DNA from: Laetmonice hystrix
Lineage: Eukaryota
DNA: 64,000 nucleotides
Reading direction: 5' to 3'
Assembly (NCBI GenBank): GCA_965235115.1
Contig: OZ249436.1
Coordinates: forward strand, 54,500,001-54,564,000
Both the position numbers and the translations under genes were made by a program. Below, piece after piece: positions 17,151 through 31,120 of the stretch. Under the pieces are notes generated by a model. That model searched no databases and had not been told where the DNA came from. It saw nothing but the letters and a program-made list of their open reading frames with translations. Positions within the stretch are counted from its first letter, which is position 1; each line of letters starts with the position of its first letter.

Positions 17151-18340
17151 ATGGAGCAATCACCAGCTGCCGCAGCTCCTGATATCTTACCACACCTTGT
17201 CGAGGTGGAGGCACTCGCCGAGGAGATCCTTGCCGACCGACAACAGATCGTCGACCTCGACAGACGGCGCCACCAGACCAGGGAGGCCCAAAGGTACGCT
17301 AGCACTGTTACATAGCTCACTCCGCCGCCGCCAGGGGGCTGGAGCACCCCGGCCCCCTAGCGGGAGAACAGTGAAGCAGTTCTAAAAGGTACGCACGGTC
17401 TGCTCCAACAGAAAGCGCTGGCAACATGTTGTAGTTTTCGGGAATCTGTTTCTCTTCAGAAAAAAAAGCCTCAGACAAATTGTAGCTACCGTCATGTATG
17501 TTATTTCTCTTAGATTTTTCCCGAATTTTAGTATTTCAATTTGACCAATAGAGATTTCCAATCTGTAAATTGGATTCAATGAGTTTTGAAATTAAACTAA
17601 AGTTACTACAATACTAACTCATGACAGTGCAGACCTGTGCCGTGGGGCAAGGGCCCCGTCGTTGTAGGTCTCCCAAGGTGGGGCCTGCACTCGGCATTGC
17701 CCAGCTCGTGCCCGACCATCACATCTCAGCATAACAGACATGTTTTTTTATAGAGCACTCCAGAAGGAAGAGAAGAAGAAAAAGGCCTGGGTTTGCTTTG
17801 GAAATATGTTCGTCAAGTTGCCAGTGCACCAAACACAGAAAATGCTTACCCAAGGTAATTATCAAGAATATACCCAAACTGATCTGTGTTTAAATTGGTA
17901 TACACATGTATCGTTTTTTACTAGAGAGTGCCATGGATAAATAGAAATGTGATTATTGTGACAGAAAGAATATTGGCATAATTATTAATACTTTCTCAAA
18001 AACTTATTGGTACAAGTTAATGTAGAATGGTACGATAAAAAAAATTGGTATACGCACAGGATCATTTAGGGAACCCTAACTGAGGGAGTGTCACCCTGGC
18101 GCACGCCACCGCCGTTTACAGCTCGTCTGCTTTCATTAGGACAAGTTATCAGTTGAAATCTTTTTTAATTCTTGCTTTTCAGATTATGATGAGCTTGACA
18201 AGGAGATTGGAAAGTTGCGTGCAGAATTGAAACCTAAGGTTGGCAAGTTACGTGATGCAGAAAAACAAGAGGAACTGAAAGGATTTGACCTTCAACCGCT
18301 TACAAAGGAAGAGCTGAAAGCTGTCCGTGACCTTTTATGA
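17151..18340 (+). CDS. PDRG1: p53 and DNA damage-regulated protein 1 (prefoldin-like), 3 exons, 133 aa
   Basis: Exons 17151-17293, 17754-17854, 18183-18340; Kozak GCCATGG; motifs EVEALAEEILADRQQIVDLDRRR, AWVCFGNMFVKLP, ELKGFDLQPLTKEE; AATAAA cluster near 18890. Confidence 0.93.
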
Positions 18341-20509
18341 AGCCACCTTCCCCAGGTGGGGTTTCAGGAGTTAACACAGAACACACTTGTAGGCTGCCGA
18401 GTTCCATTCATATCCGCTATTTAATGAAAGAACTTTGTCATGTTGAAGGCTATTAAGCAAATGCTAGCTGTCAGGTGCTATCCCCTTAATATCCCTGTCT
18501 CAAATGCCACCAAAATGCACCGAATTTGTGTAAGGGTTATGAAATTTTCCTACCAAGGGCCGGGAGCTCCCCTTGACCCTCCCACCACAGACACCTTTGG
18601 CCACAAAGTCCTAAGTTTCAGCGATTGTTATATTTTCCTCTGTTCATGTCTGATATCAGGGCCCCATGCCTGTCAGTATTCAGGAGAGTGGCACCGGTAT
18701 ACTCAGCTACTCCCTGACATACAGGGGTCCAGGAAATCGTTTCCCTGAAGGTTCTATGTTGGAGCGATCATGGCTGTGCCAAAGATCTGTCCACATGGCA
18801 GGTGTGTAAAGGTGATGTGAGGCAGTTCCAAGTCCAACAAGGATTGTTCAGATGACACATGTATTCATGCGGGGTTAAATTGTGAATAAGAATAAATAAA
18901 TATTTTAGAAAGTTCAACTTTTCTTATGCGTCTTAACATTTTACGAGTACGTCGTTTTAAAGCGAGTTATGCTCCTGAGATATGCCGCTAGAAAAAGGTT
19001 AAATATATGGCCACTAGGAACGGAGAAATCGCAAGAGATCCGGATGTTTCGGCCAAGCACCTCTACTTTGCCCCCAGTGGAGGAGTTGATGCCATGGTCT
19101 CAGAGAACATGGACCATGCATTGTCTTATGGGGCGTATCCAAGTTGGCCCCGAAGATATTGCGGGGGGGGGGGGGGCTCATGGGGTTGTGTATGTTTGGT
19201 TTGAACCTTTTAAGCAAAAATGGGGTTGTAATCCCCCCCCCCCTCTGGATCTGACACTGGGAGATTTAACCAGACGGTAGGAGCTTCACGAATAATATAA
19301 TGTCGCCTTTCCTCTCTATAGCCGTTCAGTTCAGGAGGCTTTCAATTCAAGCAAAACCAAGACAGGATGACGTTTGACAGTGGTCAGGTTTATTTCAGGC
19401 TGCGCCCTCTGTTTAAAGCCTGCCGATACACATATCATGAGGACTTAGGTTATGAGGTTTGCTCCCCCAGCCCTCCAGTCCCTGCAGCACACACGTGATA
19501 ATAGAATGATAATCCTCACTGCTATCAGGGCTTTTTGTACTAAGCTGTCAACAGACGAACACTGATGATGGAAGGGAGAGTCTAAGCCGTGGATAGTCAA
19601 GGCAGCAATCTTGTTTTCAACAATTTTATTATTTTCCATGTAGGCCTAACATCCATTACATGCTGTACCATCTATGGTCTTATTACAATATTTTAGCGTC
19701 ACGTATGGCGTACACTTGCTTCAAACTCCCACTATTTATATCAGTCAACAAAAGACCATAAAACTGTGGTAAATATACATTATGAGTTCCTCTATATGCC
19801 GAGGGCCGCGAAGGTAGCTACATGTATTCACGGAAATTCCAGTATTCATGGCGGTCTTAATACTGTCTTTATGTTTAACTGCCAAATGGCGCAGCAGGCG
19901 ACGTTCAGATTTCCTCTTCCGACAAACTCTCGTCCTATGAACCAGTAAACTCAAGCTTTGGCTACCAGTACTGGTATCAAACATAAATATCTCGTTGTAT
20001 ACAACAAACAAAAATACAAACACTTCGTCCGACGTAGATGGGATTTGTAGGTTTGATATACTATATGAAGCGGTCAGCGGTGGGTGTGCGACTGAAATCC
20101 ACAACACTGGATGGCAGGTGTGCTACAGCAGCAAACTGCTCACAATACCGCTAAGTTACGTCATATCTACCGGTACGTCATTCTCGATGGCATCCTTATA
20201 TTAGGGTTAACATATACAATGTAATTATGCTATAATTGGTCAAAGGCATGATATACAAAAAAACGCAGGACAGAGATAGATATACATACGTACCATTAGG
20301 GGAGGGGGAGGGATATCCATTAAAAAACGTTGGCCGTCTTCTCAATTCAGGGCTGTACCCCGCCTGGGGTGAGGCAGTTTGTACCTTGGTAAAAGTGACT
20401 TGTATCATGATTAGGTGCCCTTCTAGATTGACCGATGTATGCTCTTAACTTGGACAACTGCCCTTTTGAACCATAACCTGTCCCAATGCTTGTACGATAG
20501 CGGCCGACA

Positions 20510-21262
20510 CATATCACCATGGACCTGATCCACAGTTACCCGGTACCTACATCTCCCCATGTATCTGATCCACAGGAACCAGTGACCTACATTTCACCAT
20601 TGATCTGATCCACAGGAACCAGTGACCTACATTTCACCACGGATCTGATCCACAGGAACCGGGGTGGGTTGCACTAACGGTCCTGCGGGTTAGGACTGAA
20701 TTTAGGACCAGTCCTACCGAGTGTCGTGCCCCCCAGGCACTTTATATCTATCTTAGTTTCAATAGCCCTTGAGATATAAAGTTGACGAATTACATTTAAA
20801 TTATTGGCCTCTGTTGAATGTAGGACTGGTCCTAAATTCTGTCCTAACCCGTAGGATCGTTAGTGCAACCTGCCCCAGTGTCCAACATTTCACCATGGAT
20901 CTTATCCAGTTACCCGGTACCTACACCATGTATCTGATCCACAGGAACCAGTGACCTACATTTCACCATTGATCTGATTCACAGGAACCAGTGGCCTACA
21001 TTTCACCATGGATCTGATCCACAGGAGCCAGTGACCTACATTTTACCATCATTTGATCCACAGGAGCCAGTGACCTACATTTTACCATCGATTTGATCCA
21101 CAGGAACCAGTGACCTACATTTTACCATCGATTTGATCCACAGGAACCAGTGACCTACATTTCACCATCGATCTGATCCACAGGAACCAGTGACCTACAT
21201 TTCACCACGGATCTGATCCAGTTACTCGGGACCTACATTTCACCATGGATCTGATCCACAGT
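20510..21262. repeat. Minisatellite, ~39-bp unit (gatctgatccacaggaaccagtgacctacatttcaccat), interrupted by a MITE
   Basis: Tandem copies on both sides of the 20662-20875 insertion. Confidence 0.92.
20662..20875. mobile_element. Harbinger-like MITE, copy 1 (copy 2 at 41456-41676)
   Basis: ~55-bp TIRs GGGTGGGTTGCACTAACGGTCCT...GTTAGTGCAACCTGCCC; inserted at the CAG of a minisatellite unit. Confidence 0.88.
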
Positions 21263-24189
21263 AGCCTGAGGTCTATCACCAATCCGAACTACATTAACAG
21301 ATAAAAACAATCAGTTACCACCATTCAAGTTAATCGTTCTTTCGAAACTCACTATTTGTCCTGAGTAAATGTTCACCATCAATAGTAATGCTTGCATTAT
21401 GAAAATTGCATTGTCCCCAAACGAGAAACAGCAATGGGCAGTCTGGCGGATCACTGGTTGTCACCGGGGGGGGGGGGGGGGGGGGGGCTGTGGGCACCAG
21501 GGTGGAGGCAGTGCTAAAGGGGCTGGGGGTTGTGTATGTTACCCGGTCACATTTCTAGAAATTTAACTGAAAAAGCATTTTTCTTGGTGTGGAAGTTTTA
21601 TACATCAGAGACTGTACGTAGCAGTATCTTTGGTTTTATTTTTGAGACTGACCTCGGACCTGGTAAACTTCAGCCATGTGTTTTTATGCCCGCCTCAGAC
21701 TCCACGATTCTTGGTGGTTGCAAGTCGTGAGCTCCCGCAGACTATCTGCTCAGGTTCCTACCGATCGAAAATGGCACACACACAAAGCGATGAGAATCAC
21801 TGCTGCGACCTGGCCCCGACATACATCCCCTAGCGGTGTGCATCTGAACCGCAAGCAGACGAACACTGGCTAACGGGTCGCTAGGCATGCTGCTGTGAAA
21901 ATATTACCCTCTGATTGGCTAATATCCTCTGATTGGCTAATATCGACAATAGCCGACAGATCACAGCAGTACGCACATGAACCAATTCGCGTTGTAAAGA
22001 AGTTAGCTATATGTACCCCCCAGTATACCTCCCGATTGCTATTGTGTCGTATAGTCAGCGGCAGACATTAGCTGAAACCGAGATACTGTGTGACCTACAA
22101 GTACAATTATTTGAGATTCCTATTACTTGAATTTCCTGCGAGTTGTTTAAGCAACTGTGACAGAGGGCAAGGCTAGAAATCATGGGTCAAACGCCTGACT
22201 GATATGATTGATTTGTGACTTCATGTACATTGTATCAACTTTTAGGACAAACAGACTGAGAAGTCCTTCAGATGCTTACATACTTGACAAAGTTTTTAAC
22301 TTGTGTCACAACCAACCAACCAAAATACGATAAGACACTAATATCAAGAAGGCCTATACAAGGACCTTCAGAGGGTGGTGCAGACCACCATTTCCTAGAT
22401 ACGTAACCTCAAAATGTTATTGGAACCGTTGTTAAAACCATTCACTGCTACATCCCGCAGCTGATGCTAATTCGGTATACGCCAATGCACAAAACTAAAT
22501 CTCAGCTGTTGGATGGCGGCATTATGAGGGATTTGACCTCTGATTTGCATATCCGTGACACCATGTACCAATATAACGTAGCAATGGTAGGTGATTCTTA
22601 AATTGGTGCAGCATACCAGACATCAAAGTATGCACAGATGTGCCTGGATATGACCAGCCGTGTTTTGCTGCTTAGTATGGTGAAAGTACAGATATGTCCT
22701 TATGGGCGACTTTTGAGGTACCAGCATTGATATTTACAAAACTATACATAATTATTCCATAAAAACTCTCTGTGTAATATCACAAGAATAGTCAGTCTCA
22801 GTTTACCAAACTGAAAGGTAGGCCTACCAGTATTTTATTTTCAGCAAACTATTTAAAAAAATTAAATACACATTTTGATAAGGAGGTGTCTTATTCAAAC
22901 TGTTCAGAATATGCCATGGTCCAACGACCAGTCAAAGTGGCATTTCATTGAACAATGCCTGAAAAAAAAACAGATATGCCCTGTTGCTTGCATAAAAGGC
23001 AGATATAAAATATGAGGGGCATAAAAATTTGGCCTAACTATTTCTGATTATTTGAAACATTTTTTGCTCTGTTGTTAGTTGCACCAGATAAACTTCATGA
23101 AATGCTTCCAAATTGTACACCAGCATTTTCCACTTACTGGCGTGGACTAAGCAGGAGAGGGTCCTTACTATTTTTTTCTCACATCTTAATGCATTTGATC
23201 TGGACAAACAAACAGATAAGCTAGATCAAACAATAACGTACTTATTACATGTATTGTATGAATTTCATTCTGCCTAACCAACATTCCACAAATGATTTTT
23301 CACAATATAATACGAATATGCAATTACCTACATATTTTTATATAAATAAGATAATTCCTCTTGAAATAAATGATATACATGTACTACTAAAGTATGCATA
23401 TATGGGATATATGCAAACAAAAATTACCTTTATATGGTAAGCCTTCCATTCACATTCTCTTACTTAGAACCTACATTAATTAAAACTTTTCTCTAAATAT
23501 CAGTGCTCGTAGGTTCATAGTGATGACTATCTTAAGAAAGGCCAAGCAGTCTGACAATTTTCATGGATATGTACTCATATAATTATATAAGCCATAATCT
23601 ACTGTCATGAAATACCAGTACAACATATCACTGACTCTCTCCATTTATTCTGGACACAAACTTAATCAATATTAGGACTATGACCATCATAACTTCTCTG
23701 TATCAAAAGGCATCTTCATCTAACCCTTTTTTAAAGACTGCTTAATGTGTTAGTTCACAAGATCTATGCCTTTATTATAGCATATTCTATACACTTTTTG
23801 CTAATGCTTGTAGGCAAAATATACCTTGACCGTAATGCAACAGTAACACATTTAAATATTGATACATAGATTACATTTACAAATAATACTTGGGTCCAGA
23901 CATACATAGATATAATATACATGTATACGACACATAACATTTCTTTCCTTTGTACATTCTTTAAATATGAATATTGGTTCACAGTGATCACGTACCTGAC
24001 TGCTGCACCAGTCCACTAAACATTCACATCACAGAAACCAGTGCTCAGACTCATCCTGGACACATCACCTCCATACTGCCACATCTGGGACCGAACCCTG
24101 ACTTGGGCCCCTCCAACACCATCCCCATCGAGGGGTATCAGATTTCTGTGTTTCTCCAAATCATTGGCCTGATGACAATACCTCATATA

Positions 24190-25042
24190 TCGGGTGGATA
24201 AAAAAAACGCCCCGAACTTTAAACTTCAATATCTCAAAAAGTAATGATTGTAATTCAATGAAATTTTTCTTAGTACCACTTCATGATGTTGTCTCTTAGT
24301 TGTCAATGTTACAACTCATTAGCTTTGATAATATTTCCGTGGGGCTAAAAACAAAAATCATTGTACAAAAGCACAATGCCGGGCTAAAGCGAGTGGTAGT
24401 CGCACCCAGAGTCCATGGCCTCGCACTAGAGCAGGTGGTCAATCGGTCCCCCGTTTTCACTCCATACTGCTCTCAGTCTCTTTTTCCATGAGCCAATGCA
24501 CTTCTCGATCCCTGATAGGGAAATATCTTCCCAACATTATCTTCGCAACGTTCTGAATATGTTGCTGAACGTGATAATGATACGATTTCCCTTGAACTTC
24601 TCGTTACAGTCATATCGTCCTAATGTTGCAGTTTCTCTGTATAGGGTTTGGCACATTAAACATTTGTTTTCTCTAAAAGTACTAGGAATAGCATATAATT
24701 ATTTTATTATATCTAGTGGTCCACAACATTATACATATTGTAAAACATGCAAAAACTAAATATTATTTTTTTTACCCAAGGTACAATGCGGTGCATCAAC
24801 CAGGTGTCAAATTGGACACCTGGCAGCTGCATGATATTTGACCTAATTCCGGCATTGCGTTTTTAGACACTGATTTTTGTTTTTAGCGTCACAGGATTAA
24901 TATCAAAGCTATCGAGCTGAGACTTTGACATACCAGAGATAATATCATGAAGTGATATTAAGAGAAATTTTATTGAATTATAATGTATAGTTTTTGAGAT
25001 ATTAAAGTTTAAAGTTCGGGGCGGTTTTTTTTATCCACCCGA
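24190..25042 (-). mobile_element. Internally deleted Tc1/mariner element, copy 1
   Basis: TA|TCGGGTGGATAAAAAAAA...CCACCCGA|TA with long imperfect TIRs; minus-strand remnant WEDISLSGIEKCIGSWKKRLRAVWSENGGPIDHLL* resembles a Tc1-type transposase C-terminus; second copy at 61028-61880. Confidence 0.88.
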
Positions 25043-25067
25043 TATATCTTTAAAATGATTAACTTAA

Positions 25068-25512
25068 AGGGGCATGCTATGGAACACGTTTTGGAGGATT
25101 TCCAGCAACTATCCAACATGACCGTGTACTAGGGATCCAAGTAAATAATCCTACCACAGCATTTTGTCCTCCGACGTGTTTTCGCTGCATATGCAGCACA
25201 AGTAGGTTCTATACGACCAAACACATAGATTTCTCCCAATAGCACATCTCCCGTCATAATTTGGTAGACAACCTCCAATCAACCCGTGTAATTGCGTACT
25301 GCGTCACATCCTGCATGTGCACTCTCTGCATGTGCTTAGTCACATGCTTCGCTTAGTTGTAATTTAATGTAAACAATTCAGCAGTTGCACTCGATCGTCT
25401 GGCATCAGAATGCCACCCCAAAAATATTTTACGAGAATGAAGGATCTCTTTATGAAAACAGCAAAAGTTCTTTGAAATACCGATTTTTCACGTTTCCTCA
25501 TAATATGCCCCT
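25068..25512. mobile_element. TTAA-target MITE (Kolobok-like AG...CT termini)
   Basis: TTAA|AGGGGCAT ... ATGCCCCT|TTAA. Confidence 0.75.
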
Positions 25513-26315
25513 TTAAGAGAAGATCATCAAAAATTGCGATTTTACAGGTAAGAATGCAGTTGAATTGTGTTAGGGTAAGATGACTATTTTCTTCCAACAA
25601 TGGATGCACTCAGTGAAATGTTCTATTTAATGTTCTGTTATACGATCATAAAATTACACTAAGCATGAAATACTAGAAGAACAAAATTAGGATAAACAAG
25701 GTTTTAGCAGGATGCCAACAATATAATATTTGAACTATGACAAGCCAGCAGGCTTGACTTAAAACAACAATTTAAAACTGTCACATTTACAACAAATGTA
25801 GGAGTACCGCACATAAAACCTTCAATAACTCCAAACAAAGACAAAAAAGGACAGCTGGTCTTTACTTATTATGATGTCGGAGTGAAAATGAAGTACATGT
25901 ACAATATATATTTAGCTGTTGGCATTTATCATCAAATTATTCTATCTGGAAGAAACAATTTCCGGCTGTTTGTGGGATAATGGTCAAAGTCAGCCTTGAC
26001 TTCTCCCACTTACCTTGAATTCTGTCCACTGGTGTGACTGAGGGAGTGAGGTTTCACAGTATGAGTCCTCTAACTGTGAACAGTACCTGGGTGTATAGCT
26101 CACGTTTCCATGGACACAGCTCGCAGTAGGTCGACAACGTGGTCGCCATCACTGTCACTGTCAGTAACCATAGGACACACTGAAGGCTTGGGCAGCTGGG
26201 GGGGTGGGGCCGCAAGGCCAGGGGTGGTCCACCGGGGCCACCAGCTGTCAATCACAGTCAGGGGTGGGCTGCCGCTTTGTGGCATGCCCAGACACACAGA
26301 GCGAGGCTGGCAGGT

Positions 26316-26630
26316 AAACCATCAGGACTCAGCCAGCCGTAGCAACTGGCCCGACGTGGTCGGTATACTGCAAACAACACAGGGCACACATGATCAGTAA
26401 CCATCAGGACTCGCCCTGCCATAGCAACCGGCCTGACGTGGTCGGTATACTGCAAACAACACAGGGCACACATGATCAGTAACCATCAGGACTCGCCCTG
26501 CCATAGCAACCGGCCCGACGTGGTCGGTATACTGCAAACAAAACAGGAAACACATCAGTAACCATCAGGCCTTGCCCTTCCACAGCAACTGGCCTAACAT
26601 GGTTGATATATTGCAAACAGCATGGGAAAC
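26316..26630 (-). repeat. Four tandem ~80-bp units, each containing the STK19 last coding exon
   Basis: Exon copies at 26367-26322, 26449-26404, 26531-26486 and 26610-26565. Confidence 0.92.
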
Positions 26631-29443
26631 ATGCCAGGAAAAATCTAGACCTAACCAGCTACTGCAAAGAACATGACCTTTGTTAGCCACCACAACTGGA
26701 CTGATCCGTTACCTCCATCCAAGCTTTGCCAGTTTTGAAAGTGCAATCATACCTTCTACTGAATTTTTACAAGTGCTTCACCTTACCACACACAAAATTA
26801 AATCTTTCAATACCAGTACCATATCTCAGTTAAGGAAACAGACCTGTTTTTGTTCGCGTGTTTCTGACAGTACTTTCCTACTTTCAGACAAACTCACCAT
26901 TCAACAAGTTCAGCACCTATGACATCATGTATGTGGTAGTGGATTCCCAATCTGGCAACCTTTGGAAGTTTTCTCTCTTCCAGCTCCTGAAACCACAAAA
27001 TGTTCTGTTTATAAAAAAAAATTGAATATTGAATCTTGCAGTGTTAATCATCAATACAACTATCAAGGCTCGAAATAAGCGGTATGGGCAATTCTGTGAA
27101 AATGTCCCCCCTCAGGTGATTTTTCCAAATTGATTCTACATGGTCATATATCTTTTTGTCAGTTATGGGGACAATATCCATGCATAACTTGATAATATAA
27201 ATTTGCCCACTATGCACAAAACTTCAGAAAGTTTTAGAATTGAATACATCCGGCTTGAATCTTTCATATTTCTGCGTCAGTCCGTTACTGAGTCAATTTT
27301 TTGCCAATAAAAAGGTAAATGATGGTACAATCCTTTATGATCATGGTTGGGGGTGGATAACTCCCTAGTCCCCTTGTACATAACCACAGAACACATAGGT
27401 TAGCTCAGGCATGTAAATGGTAGGGGATAAAACTCCATCATTTTTCTCTGAAATGTCAGTCCGTTACTCATGGAATTGCCCTAATCGCATCGCAGTTTGC
27501 GATCCAAAATTCACGTTTTGCGATACATAACTAACTCATGGAGAGCAAAATTGCGAATCTACACCAGTTGCAGGGGTCTGTGAGGTCCCCCCACATGCCT
27601 GCATCCCCATGTGGTCAGGTGCCCGTGGTTATCATGAGGCATTGAACAGCTAATAAATATAGTCCAGGTCTTTACCTAGATATGGAGATGTACTTTCTAT
27701 CTCGGTCTAGAGCCTAGCTCTATCAAATGAGTGAATCCATAGTTTGGGGCACAAAAACTAGCTTTAATCCAGGTAGCCTCCCCCCCACCGTTATTTCAAT
27801 GATTGTTTTTCTAATTTATATTTTTTTAAATCAAAGACTACAACATTTGATTCATTTTATTTACATGATTACCTAGTCTCAGGAAATTGCAAATCAAATT
27901 TTGAAAATTGCTCCTCAAACAAACACAATGAAAAGCAAAATTGCTCTCAGGCCCCTCAAAACTTATTTCGAGCCTTGACTATACTGGCACGACTTTCACA
28001 ATTTTGTCAAACAAGAGCGTGTGTCCTAAACTGCATGGACTTATGACTCAGTGGGTACTGACCTTTTGAAGAATTTCTCTGTATTTACACTTTCTGATCA
28101 TCATGAGCAGGGCCTTCCTTCCTCGGATAAAGCTCTTCATATAGATACCAGCAGCTGGTATGGCAAGCCACCAACTCCCAACATCCCGAACGGTAAGAAC
28201 GCTCGCCTTAACCAGTTGACTTCAAAGAGGGAACACATCAGTGGTAACACACTCTTAGAGAATCAGATGTCAAAATGACAAACACTACAGTCATCAAATT
28301 TGTTTGTAAAGCAATCCAATCTGTAAACAGACCAGTAATTCAGAGAAATAGTAAAACTGAAAATGTTTACTCACGTGATTTCTTCATCTTTGAACTTGAA
28401 ATCTGCCATCATTAACTGTTTTCCAAGACTCAGATCCTGACACTGTGGGAGCACGACTGTGAGGAAGCGGTCTGAAAATGTTGGGATTTGAACCTTTCAC
28501 TTACTGACAGCATCATGAAAGAGAAGATAACGGACTAAACATGTACAACAGAACTTTGTCTAAAAGCATTTAAAATAAAATAAAATAAAAACAAATCTAT
28601 TTCCTCATGGCATGAATTACATGATACAGTGTTATTCCTAGTTTGTATCCAGATGAGAAGTTGAAGTTTCTTACCTATAACTGATTTGTTGATAGCCAGA
28701 TCAGCTGTGGTTTTAATTACATGAGCTCGATAATCATCTGTTAGGACGATGCAGAATTCATCTGCCTCAGCACCAAGTTTGAACATTCGAATTTCTCCTT
28801 TGTTGCGCAAATCACTCTATAATGTGAAATTTAAGCGAACAATTTTATTCACACATGTATTAACATATCACTTCAATCATTCACACTTTGCTTGGATTAT
28901 CCAAACTGTCATTTCATTTAGCAAATTGAACATGAACTTCTTTTGTACACCACTAAAAATCAATAATATATGGGAAAATGGTAAAGCTCATATATTTTTG
29001 CTGTTGCTATCTTTTTTGAATAGAATCCAACAGCACTTCCATACCAGCTCCTTGTCGACCGTGGTCCTGTTTCTCACAATACTGTACAACTGATGCTTCA
29101 CTACAATTGGTGGTAGCCGACCCTCAAACTTCTCTACGGGAAACAGATCTTTCAGATAGAGCAGGGCTGCTTTTGTGTCTGAAGGCATGGGAACATCATT
29201 GTCTGTAAGATTTAAAACAGAAGAAGCATTTATCAATCTGTCATTTCTGTACAGTTGACCGTCTGAAATAAAGATATTGTTTTGTAACGTATTGTCATTC
29301 ACTTCTGAGACAGTAACACCTGATCACTTACCAAATTTGTCATTCTGATCCCAGCTGGAATTAGATTCCTCAGCTTTCTGTGCAGCACATACCCTCTTTC
29401 TGGTACGGTACACATCAGGCATCAGTGTCCTCTTGCGGCTCAT
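26322..29443 (-). CDS. STK19: STK19/WHR1 winged-helix DNA repair factor, 7 coding exons, 266 aa
   Basis: Exons 29443-29332, 29202-29045, 28816-28675, 28471-28375, 28219-28063, 26986-26898, 26367-26322; motifs LPPIVVKHQLYS, RTTVDKEL, GEIRMFKLG, QLVKASVLTVRDVGSWWLAIP, GIHYHIHDVIGAELVECIPTTSGQLLRL. Which copy of the last exon is used is inferred. Confidence 0.92.
27064..27977. mobile_element. TIR element with CAAGG termini and 5-bp TSD, with a probable nested element (27086-27481)
   Basis: ACTAT|CAAGGCTCGAAATAAG ... CTTATTTCGAGCCTTG|ACTAT; inner GGGCAATTC...GAATTGCCC pair. Confidence 0.78.
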
Positions 29444-30421
29444 CTTAAACCCAAATTTACGATAAGTGCAATTTCCAGGATAGACTCCCAGCATCTGACT
29501 TTGGTACTCTAATTCTAAAGTTCAGGGTATTTTAAACTCGCGCAAGATTTTAAATTTTTCAGGCAAGTTTTGAAAGCTATTGGAACAGATGAAGGAAGCC
29601 ACATCAACTGCATAGCTGGTACATACCGGTACTACATTTCTAAATATTGGCAACATGGCTGATACAGTTATGCAACAGCTGTGGTAGTCTATGTCTCCTA
29701 TCTATCTGGGCCTCAAATGTCTAAATACATTCAGCCTAGTTTGACATGTATACTTACTTTGCGTTGGATAATTAGATTCTTGTAGGCATGAATGTCTGCT
29801 CTAGGTTGTGACTTTTCAAGACCTCACCCTGATCCAGTCATCTCATCATCTGGAAAACAATAAATTATTGTCATAATTCAGCAAGTCAAACAAATTGATC
29901 TTTGTTAGGACAGCAGTCATCTTTGGTTTGGACCATCTACTGCAATACTGCCAATAGTCATCTATGTACCTATACCGGGTAAGTCTACTCTAAAGGCATT
30001 GTTGTAGTTGTCCGATGGGCAACTGGCATTGTTGTAGTTGCCCAACAGGCAACTGCTCTGTTCATTCCATGTGCGCGGACTGATTTTTTGGTTGTCCCAG
30101 GTGCTTGGTCACTCCATTTGACGAACCCTGAATGTCAGGCATATTTCATTTTAATGCCGGCCAAGTCTGCAGATCTATGTCAAACAATCCAGAATTGAAG
30201 TGCAGGTGTGAAATGGCAGCTCTACTGTTTACTGCAGTTTGTTTGAGTAAGGTAGATCTGTGTCACATGAAAGTTAATATTAGGCCTATTACTTAGGTAA
30301 ATTAATATTTTGTATTTGGCAGAGGAATATTTTCAACAACACCAGGGTAAAAATGTATTGCACAGGTCATAGTTTTACATCGCAAATTGTGATGCACGAA
30401 CAAACAAATTGTTTAGGTTTA

Positions 30422-30648
30422 GGCTATGACGCATTGGACAAAATCAGGGCCGATCACATCCCGATTGCCTGAATACGGGATGTGATCGGGCGCCAGTGTC
30501 ATATAGGCAGTCGGGATCCAGTCGGCACAAACAACTCCCGCTTCAATATCAAAAAAGTTTTGATCAGCGCAGATGGCCTCCTGACCCGAACGGGCGCCAA
30601 CCCGACCCAATTGACTGACCAATCGGGGGAGGGCAGTGCGTAATGACC
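30422..30648. mobile_element. Harbinger-like MITE
   Basis: TTA|GGCTATGACGCA ... TGCGTAATGACC|TTA; imperfect TIRs. Confidence 0.6.
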
Positions 30649-30712
30649 TTAAGGGTCAGGCCTAGGGTGTTTTATTTACATCTCAAATTGGGTGTTAATT
30701 GGATGGCTACAG

Positions 30713-31120
30713 CAGGGATATTCCTGGGCTACACCATTCTGCCAATGGCGCGCAAAAATAATTGAGGGCGCAAGTAAAAATCATAGCTGCGCTCTGAGGG
30801 TGCACTTCGGTTGGGTGAGGGGGGAGGGGGTAAATAAATGGGCCTACCTGTACCTGACTTCAACATCCAGGGTATCTCTGGCAAGATTTGACAGAGGGAG
30901 CTACTCTTCAAGCACGCTCTGTGTCTGAAAGGGATGTGCCAATATAGGTTTTGTTAATTTATGGTATTGATGCAAACCTTGCTGGTTTATATGGCACTGT
31001 GTGCCACAAATCATTATTATATGTGTACCCACCGTGCACACATTTTAAAAAAATGGCACACTTTTTTCCAGTGGGTGTGCCCACAGGGCACACATCATTT
31101 TTCACCAAGGAATATCCCTG
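30713..31120. mobile_element. hAT-like MITE
   Basis: TIRs CAGGGATATTCCT / AGGAATATCCCTG; no clear TSD. Confidence 0.6.

Noticed and set aside
26013..26037. Possible micro-exon (cag|TCACACCAGTGGACAGAATTCAAG|gtaag) as the STK19 end
   Set aside because: It lies downstream of better-matching terminal exons with stop codons, and its peptide does not match the family.
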